Assembly: GCA_008690995.1 (NCBI GenBank)
Contig: VRMN01000026.1
Location: 1 to 64,000 of the forward strand
From: Porphyridium purpureum
Taxonomy: Eukaryota
Reading direction: 5' to 3'
DNA: 64,000 nt
The notes below the pieces were generated by a model. That model ran no database searches. It was given only the letters and a program-made list of their open reading frames with translations, and was not told where the DNA came from. The position numbers and the translations under genes were made by a program. This document shows positions 39,839 through 50,825 of this stretch, piece after piece; the stretch's first letter is position 1; every line of letters starts with the position of its first letter.

Positions 39839-41317
39839 TCACAGGAGAAGCTTTCCTACTTGACCACTGCTTACTACATCGCGAGCAACTATGCGGCTTT
39901 TTTCATCGAAGCTGACAATGTCGTCAAGCGTTGGGGTGGCCATCCACTCGTTCTTGTGCTTCTCCATCACGGCTTCGATCACCTTGCTGATTTCCAAGTA
40001 GTGAATTTTCTCCTGGCGAAAGAGTTCGACGGCGGCCTCGTTCGCTGCGTTGAGCACAGCTGGCATGGTGCCGCCCTTGCGGCCTGCGGCATACGCGAGT
40101 TCCATGCAGGGATACTTTTCGTGGTCGGGTGCCCTGAAAGTTAGCGAACCTTGTTTGACCAAGTCGAGCCGCTCGTACGGCATTTCTACGCGGTTGGGCC
40201 ACGACATGGCGTACAAAAGTGGCAAGCGCATGTCCGGCCACCCAAGCTGCGCAATCACCGACGTGTCCTTGAACTCCACCATGCTGTGAATAATCGACTG
40301 CGGATGTACCACGATCTCAATGTCGTCATAGCTGGCGCCAAATAAATAGTGCGCTTCGATGACCTCGAGGCCCTTGTTCATCAGCGTGGCCGAGTCGATC
40401 GTGATCTTGGCACCCATGCTCCAATTAGGGTGCTTCAGCGCGTCTGCCACTGTCACTTTCTTCAAGTCCTCAACTGGCCAGTCGCGGAACGCACCGCCGG
40501 ACGCGGTCAAGATCACCTTGGACAGCGACTTGTTCGGCGCGCCCTGCAGGCACTGGAAAATCGCGGAATGCTCGGAATCGGCAGGCGTCATCATGACGCC
40601 GTGCTCGTGCACCAACGGCACGATGACGGGGCCGCCAGCAATTAGCGTCTCCTTGTTCGACAAAGCAATATCCTTGCCGCTCTTAATGGCCGCCACCGTG
40701 GGGAGCAGACCTGCACAGCCAACAATGCCCGTCACGACGACGTCAGCATCCCCGTACGCAGCCACCTCGACTACGCCGGCGTTGCCCGTCACAACCTTGG
40801 TACTGGGGAGCAGGCTCGCGAGCTTGCCTTTCAGCTCCGAGTAGAGGCTTTCGCGCTGGATGCACACAATTTGCGGCTTGAATTCGAGGGCCTGCTCGAC
40901 CAGGAGGTCAACATTCGAGCCTGCGGTGAGACCAACGATGGAGAACATATCTGGCCGCTCGCGCACAATATCGAGCGTCTGGGTGCCGATGGAGCCCGAG
41001 CAGCCGAGCAGCGTTACCTTCTTATGCTGCGACGCGCTGCTTTGGACGCCGGGCGCGTGCTCGTACGCCACGCTAGCCACCCTATCGCTTGCCAGCTTGG
41101 TGAAAATCGGCGCCGCGGCCACCGTGCTGCCTTCTTCGGTTTTCGGCACCGTCGCCGTCATCCGGGTCATGTGCTTGGACGACGGCTCCACGCGTGTGCG
41201 CCGCTGACGCCGCCAGTATGTCCGCGGCTGCCGCGACGCAATCTCACATGTTCGCGCTCGATCACCCACACGAGGACCCGCTCCTGCGCTCGCGCCGCTC
41301 ACCACAAATGCTGCCAT
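39839..41317 (-). CDS. dxr: 1-deoxy-D-xylulose-5-phosphate reductoisomerase, plastid-targeted
   Basis: [63 protein letters not shown]-terminal MAAFVV transit-like peptide. Confidence 0.98.
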   Translation of the reverse strand: MAAFVVSGASAGAGPRVGDRARTCEIASRQPRTYWRRQRRTRVEPSSKHMTRMTATVPKTEEGSTVAAAPIFTKLASDRVASVAYEHAPGVQSSASQHKKVTLLGCSGSIGTQTLDIVRERPDMFSIVGLTAGSNVDLLVEQALEFKPQIVCIQRESLYSELKGKLASLLPSTKVVTGNAGVVEVAAYGDADVVVTGIVGCAGLLPTVAAIKSGKDIALSNKETLIAGGPVIVPLVHEHGVMMTPADSEHSAIFQCLQGAPNKSLSKVILTASGGAFRDWPVEDLKKVTVADALKHPNWSMGAKITIDSATLMNKGLEVIEAHYLFGASYDDIEIVVHPQSIIHSMVEFKDTSVIAQLGWPDMRLPLLYAMSWPNRVEMPYERLDLVKQGSLTFRAPDHEKYPCMELAYAAGRKGGTMPAVLNAANEAAVELFRQEKIHYLEISKVIEAVMEKHKNEWMATPTLDDIVSFDEKSRIVARDVVSSGQVGKLLL

Positions 41318-41572
41318 ATCTCTGTATTTCATCCGCGGCGCCCGCGTCACCAACCAACACGCCACGGCCACCACGTTTGTCTGGTCCCTCTTGGTTTCCT
41401 ATTCCGTCTCTGTCTCGCTCTCGACCGCAACACAACCGCGCTTCGGAGATTAGAATTTCTGGCAGCCGTGAACGCCAAACCATCGAGGTACAGTTAGCCC
41501 TGGAGTACAGTGACGTTTGTGGAGGTACACTAGAGCACGCGTTTGTACACTCCGGGCAAGAGCTGCGGCAAC

Positions 41573-43258
41573 TCAAGGCTGTGGTGCCGAGTGTGCTGAG
41601 GGTTGAAGCCAGCTCAACAGGATGTCGGTGAGGATGCGGTCGCCGTTCCGCGTGATCGCGTCTTCATCCAGCGAGTGCGACGCAGTGTCCGTGTGAGGAT
41701 CAGAACTGGCACTGGCGCCCGCGCTCGCGCTGGGAGATGTGCCGCTAATGCTCTGGCCTCGTGCGTCTGCGCCAGCCACCGTCGGATACATGGCGTAGCA
41801 CGTCTGCGCGGCGCTGCTGAGTGCGCCCAGCGCGGTGCCAAAGTGTGTCGTACTGTATGCGTCCCCGGCAAAGTAGATGGCGCCGTGTGCGGGATCGCGC
41901 AGATGTGCGAAATCCTCTTCGGTGCAGTCCAGAGCGGGGTACACGTGCGAGCCAAGCGTGTACGGATTGGCGGCCCAGCGGGAAACCAGCACTTGGCTCG
42001 ATACCCGCTGAGGAGTCACAAATCGACCGATCATATTCGTCAGACTCTTCAGGACAAGGTCTCGGCATTCGTCGTCGTCCAGACCTTCCACCATCTTTGA
42101 CAGCACATCGTTGCAGTATGCGACGAAAAGCAATTTCCCGCATCGCAGCGTACGCGCGTGGAAATACAGCGGTTTGTTCTCGAACTCTTCCGATTCGGCC
42201 AGTACATTCATGAAAGTTGAGTGCCGCTCATAGTCAAGCGGAGAGTCATCGAGCAAAAACGAAATCTTGTTCGCACAGCCCATTCGAAAATTTTCCAAGC
42301 TTGCTTGCTTTGAGCTAGGAAGTTCCGGTTCGAACGTGATTTGCTTGCTCTTCAGTACGCCGACCGAAACCGTGCATAGGCATTTGGACGCGATGTACAC
42401 TTCACCGGTCTGCGTTTCAATCCGAACCCGTGTGTTCGTATGCGCCTTGGTGCCGGACTCTGGTGTGGCCGATGTGAGAACGCTGATCTTAGAAACCGCG
42501 CAGCTATATTTCACGACGACTTGATTGTCCAAAAACTTTACAAGGCCGTCCAATTCGTACATACTGCGATGATAATCAGGCAACGCTGAGCGAAATAGAC
42601 TATTTTTGGTAAGAACACGCTTGCTGACTTTGCGCAGGCTTGCACCACAGTACAGTGTCGAGCTGGCCTTATACCAATTCACAAGGCTATCCTCCTCCGT
42701 CTTGATATATTCCTGCCTCCTGAAATGTTCCAAGATCGCGTATACCGACTTTTTGTTCGCAAGCGTTGCTCCCGCCGCCGACAATGCGGCTTGTGTTTGG
42801 TGATGAACTTCGACAGCCTGTCGCTTGACCGCTCGCTCCGTATGATCTGTGGAATCCTCAGTTTGAACGAATTTCCATGCATTCTCCACAGCGTTACGCC
42901 ACAAGATCAAAGCGCTCACCCCCAATTTTGCGCTTGCTTTCTTTTCGTTCAGGAACATACATGAGCCAGCGGCCTGGCACCGCTTGTCCTGTCCATTTTG
43001 ACGCGCTGTGGTCCCTACCCGTTGAAGATCCCTTGCCGTAGACTCAGGGAGCTCATGCAAGCACGCCACGCCCATGGGCACTTCCACGCTCACGCTTGGG
43101 TGAGTGCTAGGAAAGGACGCCGACACACATCGACCTCCCGACTTTTCCTGCGCCTCCAGGACGACCACGCGTTTGCCTTGGGATGACAGCCACGCCGCCG
43201 CCGCCAGCCCCGCCAGTCCGGCGCCAACAATCACCACGTCGTATGGCTCTGTCTGCAT
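41573..43258 (-). CDS. Flavin-containing amine oxidase (polyamine oxidase/LSD1-like family)
   Basis: VVIVGAGLAGLAAA...LEAQEKSGGR FAD-binding motif; TVSVGVLK...FEPELP; SRWAANPYTLGS; IYFAGDA. Confidence 0.88.
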   Translation of the reverse strand: MQTEPYDVVIVGAGLAGLAAAAWLSSQGKRVVVLEAQEKSGGRCVSASFPSTHPSVSVEVPMGVACLHELPESTARDLQRVGTTARQNGQDKRCQAAGSCMFLNEKKASAKLGVSALILWRNAVENAWKFVQTEDSTDHTERAVKRQAVEVHHQTQAALSAAGATLANKKSVYAILEHFRRQEYIKTEEDSLVNWYKASSTLYCGASLRKVSKRVLTKNSLFRSALPDYHRSMYELDGLVKFLDNQVVVKYSCAVSKISVLTSATPESGTKAHTNTRVRIETQTGEVYIASKCLCTVSVGVLKSKQITFEPELPSSKQASLENFRMGCANKISFLLDDSPLDYERHSTFMNVLAESEEFENKPLYFHARTLRCGKLLFVAYCNDVLSKMVEGLDDDECRDLVLKSLTNMIGRFVTPQRVSSQVLVSRWAANPYTLGSHVYPALDCTEEDFAHLRDPAHGAIYFAGDAYSTTHFGTALGALSSAAQTCYAMYPTVAGADARGQSISGTSPSASAGASASSDPHTDTASHSLDEDAITRNGDRILTDILLSWLQPSAHSAPQP

Positions 43259-43291
43259 GGTCGGTCGTGAAAGCACCAACGCCAGGCTCCT

Positions 43292-46200
43292 TTATTGATT
43301 CGCTGAGTAACTGGCCAAGAACGCGTCGAGTTTTGACGAACTGGTGATGTAGCGCGAGGCTTCTGCGCCATCCTGTGCTACGAGGTCAACGCTTGATCTT
43401 GCGCCTGCATCGCTGGGACGCAGTGAACGTATAGAGTCTCGAAAGGAGTAAAACCGAGCTCCATATTCGACAAGCCAAGCCGGATCAACTTGCGTGCACA
43501 CGGACATGTACTCCTTCTGTGTCATGATGAGTTCGTGGTAGACAAGATAATCAGGCAAGTACCCAGAATTGGCTAGTGCACTCCCCGGATGAACGCAGCA
43601 TGGAAAGTTGGAGCGAAGCGAAGTGTATTCGACCAGATTTCTGCGCCGCGCCGCCTGCCAAAAGTACGCTTCGCAGACGCTTCGGCGAACAAGCTCCCAA
43701 TTTGCGCCGCACGAAGCGCACGCCAAGCCGAGCTGTGCCAAAATATCCTGGAGTTGACGGCGCACCTCGGCTGCTCGCTGCATGCTCTTGGCATTGATGA
43801 AATGTTGTCGACACCATGCCGCCGAGTCGCAGGTGGACACACCTGCAGCGCTGGTGCGACTCATCGAGCGCCAGCGCTCGTACACGTGCAGAAAAGTGAG
43901 GTGGTCACTTTCAGCCACAAGAAATTTTTCACGAGCAGCGTCGCTCTGCTGCTCGGCACCGCGCGGGCGGAGAAAAATGGTCGGCACAGACAGCATGGCA
44001 ACAATAGTCAGCATTTCCGACGCACAGCCTAGCTTCGCACCAGAAAGGAGCATTGCAGATAGGGGCGGATCAAGAGGAAAGGCCACCATCATACGCCCTG
44101 TGTCCGTGATGCGGCCCTCGTCGTCCAATGCGCTCAGCGTCCACAGGTCCAGCATAGACTTGGCCACATTCTCCGATGGCGGCGAGTCCATGAAAGAAAA
44201 GCTCATCAGGTCCGAAATTCCAAGCGACTTGAGTAGAAGTACGATGTGCGAGAGGCTCGTCCGCTGAATTTCCGGTACCGACCCAACGTGAAGCTCCTCT
44301 GTGTACGCGAGCTCGGTGTACAGCCGATAACACTTACCCGGACCCGTTCTGCCGGCTCGACCAGCGCGTTGCTGTGCAGACGCTTGCGAAATCGGACACA
44401 GAAGCAACATGTCCATGCCTACCTTGGCATTGTACGTCTTCATTTTACAGTAGCCGGAGTCGATCACGTACTGGATGCCGTCCACCGTGAGCGAGGTTTC
44501 AGCAATATTGGTGGCAACAATCACTTTCCGCGAACCTTCTGGTGGCGGCTCAAAGATTTTAGCTTGCAAGTCTGCTTGCAACTGCGAATAGATGGGCAAG
44601 ATCAGCATGGGCGGAGGACTTTCCAAAAGCATCATCCGTTCAGCAAGCGTTCCGCATACTGCATCTATGTCTTCTTGGCCAGTCATGAAGACCAAAATAT
44701 CGCCTGGAACGGGAGCTTGTACATGAATCTGCATTACCTGTCTGACGGCTGCCTCGGCATAATCGTGCGGCAAAGTCCGCGAAAAGAAAGTGTCCACTGG
44801 GTGCGTGCGTCCTGGAATGTGGAAAATCGGACACATCCCGAAAAACGCGCTGAACTTGTGCGCGTCCAGTGTAGCTGAAGTGACTACTACACGAAGGTCC
44901 ATGCGGCGCTTCACAATATCTCTCAACACCCCAAACAGAATGTCCGTGTTCAAGCTCCGTTCATGTGCTTCGTCCATGATTACATATGAATACTTGTCCA
45001 GCTCCGGGTCTGTCAGCGTTTCTCGGAGCAAAATCCCATCGGTCATGAATTTGATCCGCGTTTCGGCGGATGTTTCGTCCTCAAACCGAATCGTGTACCC
45101 AACATTTCTGCCGAGTTTCACGCACATCTCATCGGCCACACGCTGTGCGACAGACACAGCGGCAACTCGGCGCGGTTGTGTACAACCAATCATACCTCTG
45201 GGCGAACCACGAGTCTCTTCGTAAATGTACTGCGCCAGCTGCGTGGTTTTCCCGCTGCCCGTTTCGCCGACAATCACGACAACTGCGTTTTCACGGATCA
45301 AACGCATCAGATTATCCCGCACCGAAAAAATGGGCAGCTGCCTCCTCTTCTCTTGGATCTCGCCCAACGCGCTTGCTCGGTTGGAATTTTCATTATTCCG
45401 CAAATGCGCTGAAAAAGTTGCTGCTTTAAATGCATCCGTATCTGCGAGCAAGGTGTGTCTCTCGTGCGCCTCGCGCCTCGAAGTGCGCTCATGGTCTTCC
45501 TTTTCTTTTGCGCCAACCTGTGCACCTTCCAGCTTCCAGTATTTGACCTTTGCTGACCCTTGTGCACGCTCGCGCTTCTCTCGAAACGCTGCAATCAACT
45601 CACTACCTTTTCGCGCCAGCACAGCCATGTCGCTTGTTGGGTCTTTGATTGGACTTACGGCGCTCAATTGCGTCGTGTGATGAACGCGCCCGTTCAAGAA
45701 TGGCGGCACGTTCTCTCTGACTATGATTCTTCTCTGCACATCCAGCGTATCATCAAGCTGCTCGCCCTCGCGGAATGAGCTCAAGGACACTGAAGCATCT
45801 ATTCCGGAAATGCGCTGCATCTGCTGCTCTTCCCATCTGCAAGCATCATCCTGCGCCGCAGCCGCACGGGCACTGATTCTTACTCCTGAATCGCGCCTCA
45901 ATGTGTGCTCACGCTGGTTAACCCCAGCAACGCTGCTCTTCCTCTCAAACGTGAGCAGCGCCGACGGCTCTCCGTCCTCGTGCGTGTACCAAGCACGGTC
46001 CGCGTCGACGTCATCTCGCGCATTTTCGTCCTCCGCTTCCGAAAGCGGTGCAAATCGCGATTGCTTTGTCCGTCTCTTTCTGTCAGTACCGCTGACGCCG
46101 CCGTCTACCTGTGTCATGCTACCAGTTGAGGCGCCAGCCGCAGGCGGATGTCTCAATACCGCCTGTTCATGAATTTGCACGTCCGCCTCGGCATCATCCT

Positions 46201-46300
46201 GCTCGTCATCATGCAGTCCCAGCAACGACGAGGATGGCGTCCGCGCCTTGTGCGACGCACCCAGCCTGCGCTTGCGCTTTGCAAAGCCGTGCGTGTCCAT
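43292..46300 (-). CDS. PRP16: Pre-mRNA splicing DEAH-box RNA helicase PRP16/DHX38
   Basis: GETGSGKTTQ, DEAHERSLNTD, TSAT, QRAGRAGR; PRP16-type N-terminal motifs (DRAWY, PPFLNGR...PIKDPTSDMAVLARKGS). Confidence 0.93.
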   Translation of the reverse strand: MDTHGFAKRKRRLGASHKARTPSSSLLGLHDDEQDDAEADVQIHEQAVLRHPPAAGASTGSMTQVDGGVSGTDRKRRTKQSRFAPLSEAEDENARDDVDADRAWYTHEDGEPSALLTFERKSSVAGVNQREHTLRRDSGVRISARAAAAQDDACRWEEQQMQRISGIDASVSLSSFREGEQLDDTLDVQRRIIVRENVPPFLNGRVHHTTQLSAVSPIKDPTSDMAVLARKGSELIAAFREKRERAQGSAKVKYWKLEGAQVGAKEKEDHERTSRREAHERHTLLADTDAFKAATFSAHLRNNENSNRASALGEIQEKRRQLPIFSVRDNLMRLIRENAVVVIVGETGSGKTTQLAQYIYEETRGSPRGMIGCTQPRRVAAVSVAQRVADEMCVKLGRNVGYTIRFEDETSAETRIKFMTDGILLRETLTDPELDKYSYVIMDEAHERSLNTDILFGVLRDIVKRRMDLRVVVTSATLDAHKFSAFFGMCPIFHIPGRTHPVDTFFSRTLPHDYAEAAVRQVMQIHVQAPVPGDILVFMTGQEDIDAVCGTLAERMMLLESPPPMLILPIYSQLQADLQAKIFEPPPEGSRKVIVATNIAETSLTVDGIQYVIDSGYCKMKTYNAKVGMDMLLLCPISQASAQQRAGRAGRTGPGKCYRLYTELAYTEELHVGSVPEIQRTSLSHIVLLLKSLGISDLMSFSFMDSPPSENVAKSMLDLWTLSALDDEGRITDTGRMMVAFPLDPPLSAMLLSGAKLGCASEMLTIVAMLSVPTIFLRPRGAEQQSDAAREKFLVAESDHLTFLHVYERWRSMSRTSAAGVSTCDSAAWCRQHFINAKSMQRAAEVRRQLQDILAQLGLACASCGANWELVRRSVCEAYFWQAARRRNLVEYTSLRSNFPCCVHPGSALANSGYLPDYLVYHELIMTQKEYMSVCTQVDPAWLVEYGARFYSFRDSIRSLRPSDAGARSSVDLVAQDGAEASRYITSSSKLDAFLASYSANQ

Positions 46301-46382
46301 TCATCCGCTCACCTCGACATTCTTGTACTCCCGTCACGTGTCGAAGCCAAACTTTTTATTTCTGCGCGCGCTCGAGAGCGCG

Positions 46383-47546
46383 TTATTTGTTCCGCATGGG
46401 GACGTCCACGGTACCAAAGACATCAACGTTGTGAGCGAGGTAGCTGAGTTCGGCAGCATCGACATGAGCGCGTCGCCGCTGAATGTAGCGCATGACAGTA
46501 TCCTGGTCAATTTTGCTCGAACACATCTCGGAACCGCTGAGTGTGTCTTCAATAAAGGACAAAATACAGTGCAAGAAGTACGCCTCGTTCTCCTCGTAAC
46601 GCGGACCCGCGGTCTGAAAACCCGTGCTTGGCATCACCACCCATGCTGAACTGCCTGCGCAAAGAATGTTGCCGCCGGCGCGCGGGATATATTCGAGCAG
46701 TTTGCGTCCTGCCCGGCTTTGTGAAACGGTAGCCCCAGATTCGTTCACCATGTCCATGTGCGCATGGAATTCCTGCTCGATCTCCTCGTCTTCATGCAAG
46801 CTCGGACTGAAATGTGTCGTCCCATCAAAGTTGATGGGAAAGTAGAACATTCCTCTCGCTTTCAAGCATGAGAATAGGATCGGCAGGGATGCACGGATAT
46901 CCACAAGGTCGAGAAACGCCGCCGCGATCAGCAGATCGAAAGGCGCATTTTCTTGCTCCTCATGTTCACTTGACTTGCTCCTCGTGCAATACTGCAAAGC
47001 GTCAGCGCACACAAACTCAATGCAAGCGGGTCCTATGGTGCTGGACTCTCCGACGCAAATCTGCATGTCCATTGCCGCGTTGCGTTTCTCGAACGATGCT
47101 TTCGCATGCACCGAATGATCGCCGGCCACGGAGACTGACACTGATTCACGATCTTGAGAATCCGCGCGACGTGATACGTGCGTTTTGCCCGGCGATCGAG
47201 CCAGCGCCTTGTCTCCTAGAAGTCTGAGCAGACCTCGTCGCGCAGCTTCCAGGTTTTCCAGTTTGTTGTCGACCAGCACGTAGCGCAGCTTGCGCCTGCC
47301 TCGCCTCGCGCAGGTGAGGAACCTCACGCACATATCGCCGACGCCACATCCGACCTCGAGGACCCGGAATTCATCATCACGGGCGGCGGGCGGCGTTACA
47401 GCAACCTTGTCGAGGAGCGCATCCCACACGCGCGCATTCAGCGCGCGCGCGTCCACGCTCCGTTTCGAGTGAAGGTATGCGACATAGTTGAACCCAACCT
47501 GTGCAAACGAAAAGTGCTGCGAAGGATCACACGCTGCAGACTCCAT
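46383..47546 (-). CDS. Class I SAM-dependent methyltransferase, prokaryote-like family
   Basis: VLEVGCGVG motif I; YLHSKRSVDARALN; FDLLIAAAFLDL; YFPINFDGTTHFSP. Confidence 0.82.
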   Translation of the reverse strand: MESAACDPSQHFSFAQVGFNYVAYLHSKRSVDARALNARVWDALLDKVAVTPPAARDDEFRVLEVGCGVGDMCVRFLTCARRGRRKLRYVLVDNKLENLEAARRGLLRLLGDKALARSPGKTHVSRRADSQDRESVSVSVAGDHSVHAKASFEKRNAAMDMQICVGESSTIGPACIEFVCADALQYCTRSKSSEHEEQENAPFDLLIAAAFLDLVDIRASLPILFSCLKARGMFYFPINFDGTTHFSPSLHEDEEIEQEFHAHMDMVNESGATVSQSRAGRKLLEYIPRAGGNILCAGSSAWVVMPSTGFQTAGPRYEENEAYFLHCILSFIEDTLSGSEMCSSKIDQDTVMRYIQRRRAHVDAAELSYLAHNVDVFGTVDVPMRNK

Positions 47547-47694
47547 GAGTACAACTTTGTTTATATGTTGAAGGCAACCCGCTTGAAAAGTCGCGTGGTG
47601 TAGTTCAAGGTAAGATGAGGTGTCCTCTTTCCGCCTGTGTCCGAGACCTGCGACTTGAAAAATGCAGCTCACAGTAGGACAAAGTGCAGTTCGC

Positions 47695-48525
47695 TCACCT
47701 ACTCTGGGTAGAGAACCACCAGTCCATGAGTACTGCTCGGCACTGCAGGCACTCGAGCTCTGATTGTAGCAGAGTTCGGATATCATTACCATCGTCATCC
47801 ACACGGTAAGCCCGGTCATGCAGATATTCGGGTTTCAGCATGACAGAGTTTTTGATCACCGCGACACCGCCGATGAGTCTCTGGTTCGAAAGCGAGCTGT
47901 TGATGAGCCACCCAGAACCATGTCCTCGGTCATCACAATCGTTGTCGTCGTTCAGAAATTGCAGGCTGTCGACATCGCTCCTCGCAATACCAAGCTCACG
48001 CAAAAGCACGTCGTACGCTGTGTCGATCAGGCTTCGTTGGTCCACACGCCCGCCCGGGAAATCGAGCGTGGCTCGACCAATGCCAGGCCGGAACTGCATC
48101 TTCGGAAACACGAGGCGGTTGCGGTGAACCGTCAGTATCACAAGAGAGTCTGCGCGCTCGATGCGCCAGTAGTCCAACAAGGCGCTTTCGTGATTGCGCA
48201 GTCTCTCAAGGATGATCGTCATCCACGGCGATTGGATCGTGGCGAGCGTCGCGACCAGTTCCCAAGGAGACACCTTGCTTTCCTCCCTCTGTCGCGAGTC
48301 CGCCCTCGAGACGTTGGATGGGTCCACAGTGAGTACACATCGCTGCCTTCCTCTCGCGTATCGAGTCTGCGGGTGTCTCAAACTCACGCGCTTCTCGCTT
48401 CTTAAACCATCCTCACCCCAGCCACTCCGCGCTCGTGACGTGGCCGCTCTTGCCAGGCAAGAATGGCCCACGGCAAACGCTGCGCGGCGGACTTCTAGGC
48501 CCCGATCGTGCCGCTCTCTCTTCAT
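47695..48525 (-). CDS. Nudix hydrolase-like protein with a possible organelle-targeting N-terminus
   Basis: DYWRIERADS...FRPGIGRATLDFPGGRVD...LLRELGI (degenerate Nudix box). Confidence 0.75.
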   Translation of the reverse strand: MKRERHDRGLEVRRAAFAVGHSCLARAATSRARSGWGEDGLRSEKRVSLRHPQTRYARGRQRCVLTVDPSNVSRADSRQREESKVSPWELVATLATIQSPWMTIILERLRNHESALLDYWRIERADSLVILTVHRNRLVFPKMQFRPGIGRATLDFPGGRVDQRSLIDTAYDVLLRELGIARSDVDSLQFLNDDNDCDDRGHGSGWLINSSLSNQRLIGGVAVIKNSVMLKPEYLHDRAYRVDDDGNDIRTLLQSELECLQCRAVLMDWWFSTQSR

Positions 48526-48642
48526 TCATCTGCTGTTTCCATGGGACGGAACTGTCTCGGACACCCACATTGACGAGCGCCTTGTGTGCACTGCGAGACA
48601 CGGAAGGTTGAAGCGAGCCGGCGTCCGGGCAAGAGCGCAAAC

Positions 48643-50502
48643 ATGTCGAAACTTGCGCAGGCACTTGAGGAAGGCCAAGAGGATGTGGGCCGAGAAGGGA
48701 TGTCCGAGAGCGGCCACGCGGGCATGGAAACGTGGGACGACGCGGCAATCCAGAAGCAGGCTCGCGAGGAGGAGGAGAAGCGTGCGTATCTCGATCAGGT
48801 GATTCAGCGCCCTGATTGGGATTCCGAGCAAGATGTAGCAAAGGTCAGGGGCGCGCTCGTGGCACTGCTCGATGAGCTGCGTGAATCCAACTCGTTCAGG
48901 CAGCAGGCTACGCAAGGCGAAGCCGCACGCCTGGGACAGGAAGACGCGGCAAGCAAAAATGGCGCGGTACACGCGCACGAGGTGACTGGAGCAGGAATCA
49001 CAGAATCCCATGACGATGGGTCGAATAAGGCGGACGATTCTGACGATGAAGATGATGACAGCGATGATGACATGGACGATGAGGATGCAGATATTGAGGA
49101 GCGGGCCAGGTACATTCCTTTGCGGCTCACCCATTCCGAGCGAAAGCTTTTGAGACTAGTCTCAGCGGCGCTGAACGTGTGCGAATACACGGACAATGTG
49201 GATGTGCTGATAACCAAGACTCAGCGTCGGCATCGAATGCACGCGCAGTTGCGTGAGATCTGCGCTGTTTTGAGTGGGCTACTTGTGGCGAGCGATTTTG
49301 AGGCCGGACAGAAAGTTGTCGAAGCACGCGAGTTTTCAGATATGCAAGATTTCTATCAGAATGCGTTCGAGGTGGCACGCCGCCATAAGGTGTCCAACCC
49401 GGAGCGTTTGCGCTCGGATTACGGGAAACTGATGTATCTACTACAGGACGCAGTAAGTGCAGAGGTAAACGCGATGCTCGAGTTCAACCCTGTCACCCCA
49501 TTGCGCACAGTTTATTCCGTGCTCCATGAAGCTGGCCTCGGGCAGATGCTCCGAGATCCGCGGATGCGTGTCGCGACGATGGAAATTTCGCCCATGGGCA
49601 AGACGCGTCCGCAAATCCAGGCTGAAATTAGGAACAAGGAGCGTGCCATCAAGTCCCTCGTTCGGTCGTTTGCCAGCTCAGCGACCGAGTCTGTGGCCAG
49701 CACAGTGGAGCAGTGTATTTACTCCATTGGGGACAACAGTTCGTTTCTGCTCGCGTCGCGACAACCTTGCGACGAGATGATTCATCTTCTCGAGCACTTG
49801 TTTCATCCAGAAAAAATGGCGTCCGCAGATCCTGCCATGATGCTTAGTATTGTACGCGGACGCGACGGCGCACGCCTGACGCATGACCACCGGCGACAGT
49901 ACAATTATGTGCTGCAGTCATTGCGGTTGTGGCGAGAGATTTCACACCGCATGTTCAAATTGTGGTACCTTGCTGAGCAGGACTTGCTTGATCCCGATGT
50001 TCCTTATAGCTTGCGCAACACGGGGCAGGGCTTGCACAGGGTGCAAGGTGCGCATCGCGTGTACAGAGAAATGAACTCAATCGTCACCAAAGTGCAGCGC
50101 GCCATGGGGGATGCATGGGTGGGCAGCAGTGTGATTCACCTGGGTGACCATAATGTGCCGAATGCGCTTACCTTCATCGATAAGTACGCCCAGGTCCCGC
50201 GCATTTTGAACCCGGTCTTGAATGTGATCCGAACTCTGCCAGAGTTGTGCAAGCGTGACCACCAGGTCAAAGAGTACATCGAACGTTCGTTTTCTGGTGT
50301 CAGGCAGGTTCAGACCGCAATTCTGCGAGATTTTTTCCGCCACGCGTTTGACGGCTCTGGCGCCGATAATTTTATGGACGCTGGAAGCTGCATAGATGGC
50401 CGGCTCACGAGTGCCTGGAATTGGTGCAGCAGCATCGAGAAGAAGTCGTATTTTCCGGTCTTTTTATTGACGGGCTTCTCCGGTTTTGATGGACAGTTTT
50501 AG
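48643..50502 (+). CDS. UPF0652/DUF2009 family protein
   Basis: ERARYIPLRLT..ERKLLRL...LNVCEYTDNVD, WVGSSVIHLGDHNVPNAL, HAFDGSGADNF.DAGSCIDGRLTSAWNWCS recognised as this conserved eukaryotic family. Confidence 0.85.
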   Translation: MSKLAQALEEGQEDVGREGMSESGHAGMETWDDAAIQKQAREEEEKRAYLDQVIQRPDWDSEQDVAKVRGALVALLDELRESNSFRQQATQGEAARLGQEDAASKNGAVHAHEVTGAGITESHDDGSNKADDSDDEDDDSDDDMDDEDADIEERARYIPLRLTHSERKLLRLVSAALNVCEYTDNVDVLITKTQRRHRMHAQLREICAVLSGLLVASDFEAGQKVVEAREFSDMQDFYQNAFEVARRHKVSNPERLRSDYGKLMYLLQDAVSAEVNAMLEFNPVTPLRTVYSVLHEAGLGQMLRDPRMRVATMEISPMGKTRPQIQAEIRNKERAIKSLVRSFASSATESVASTVEQCIYSIGDNSSFLLASRQPCDEMIHLLEHLFHPEKMASADPAMMLSIVRGRDGARLTHDHRRQYNYVLQSLRLWREISHRMFKLWYLAEQDLLDPDVPYSLRNTGQGLHRVQGAHRVYREMNSIVTKVQRAMGDAWVGSSVIHLGDHNVPNALTFIDKYAQVPRILNPVLNVIRTLPELCKRDHQVKEYIERSFSGVRQVQTAILRDFFRHAFDGSGADNFMDAGSCIDGRLTSAWNWCSSIEKKSYFPVFLLTGFSGFDGQF

Positions 50503-50825
50503 GATACGCGTGGCTCGGGTCTGGAGGAGTAACCTGATTTTATATGCTCCTGAGGGGCAAACCGGTGTGATTTCCTTCCAAACTGTGTCAGCGAGTGCCT
50601 GCAATGTCTTCAGAATCCCTGATTCGCGCACAACCAAAGACAGCAAATCATCGAGAACAATGGTCAGCCGCGCCAAAAGTAAAAGAGAAAACATTTTTGA
50701 GGATCACGCCGAGGAAAGTTGCGTGCTGGACTTTGAAGTGCCGGGCTTCTCCCTACTGGCTCGCCAATCACTTGACTTATCGTCACGACAGATTATGCCT
50801 TATGCGAAAGAGTCAACTGTCCCAT

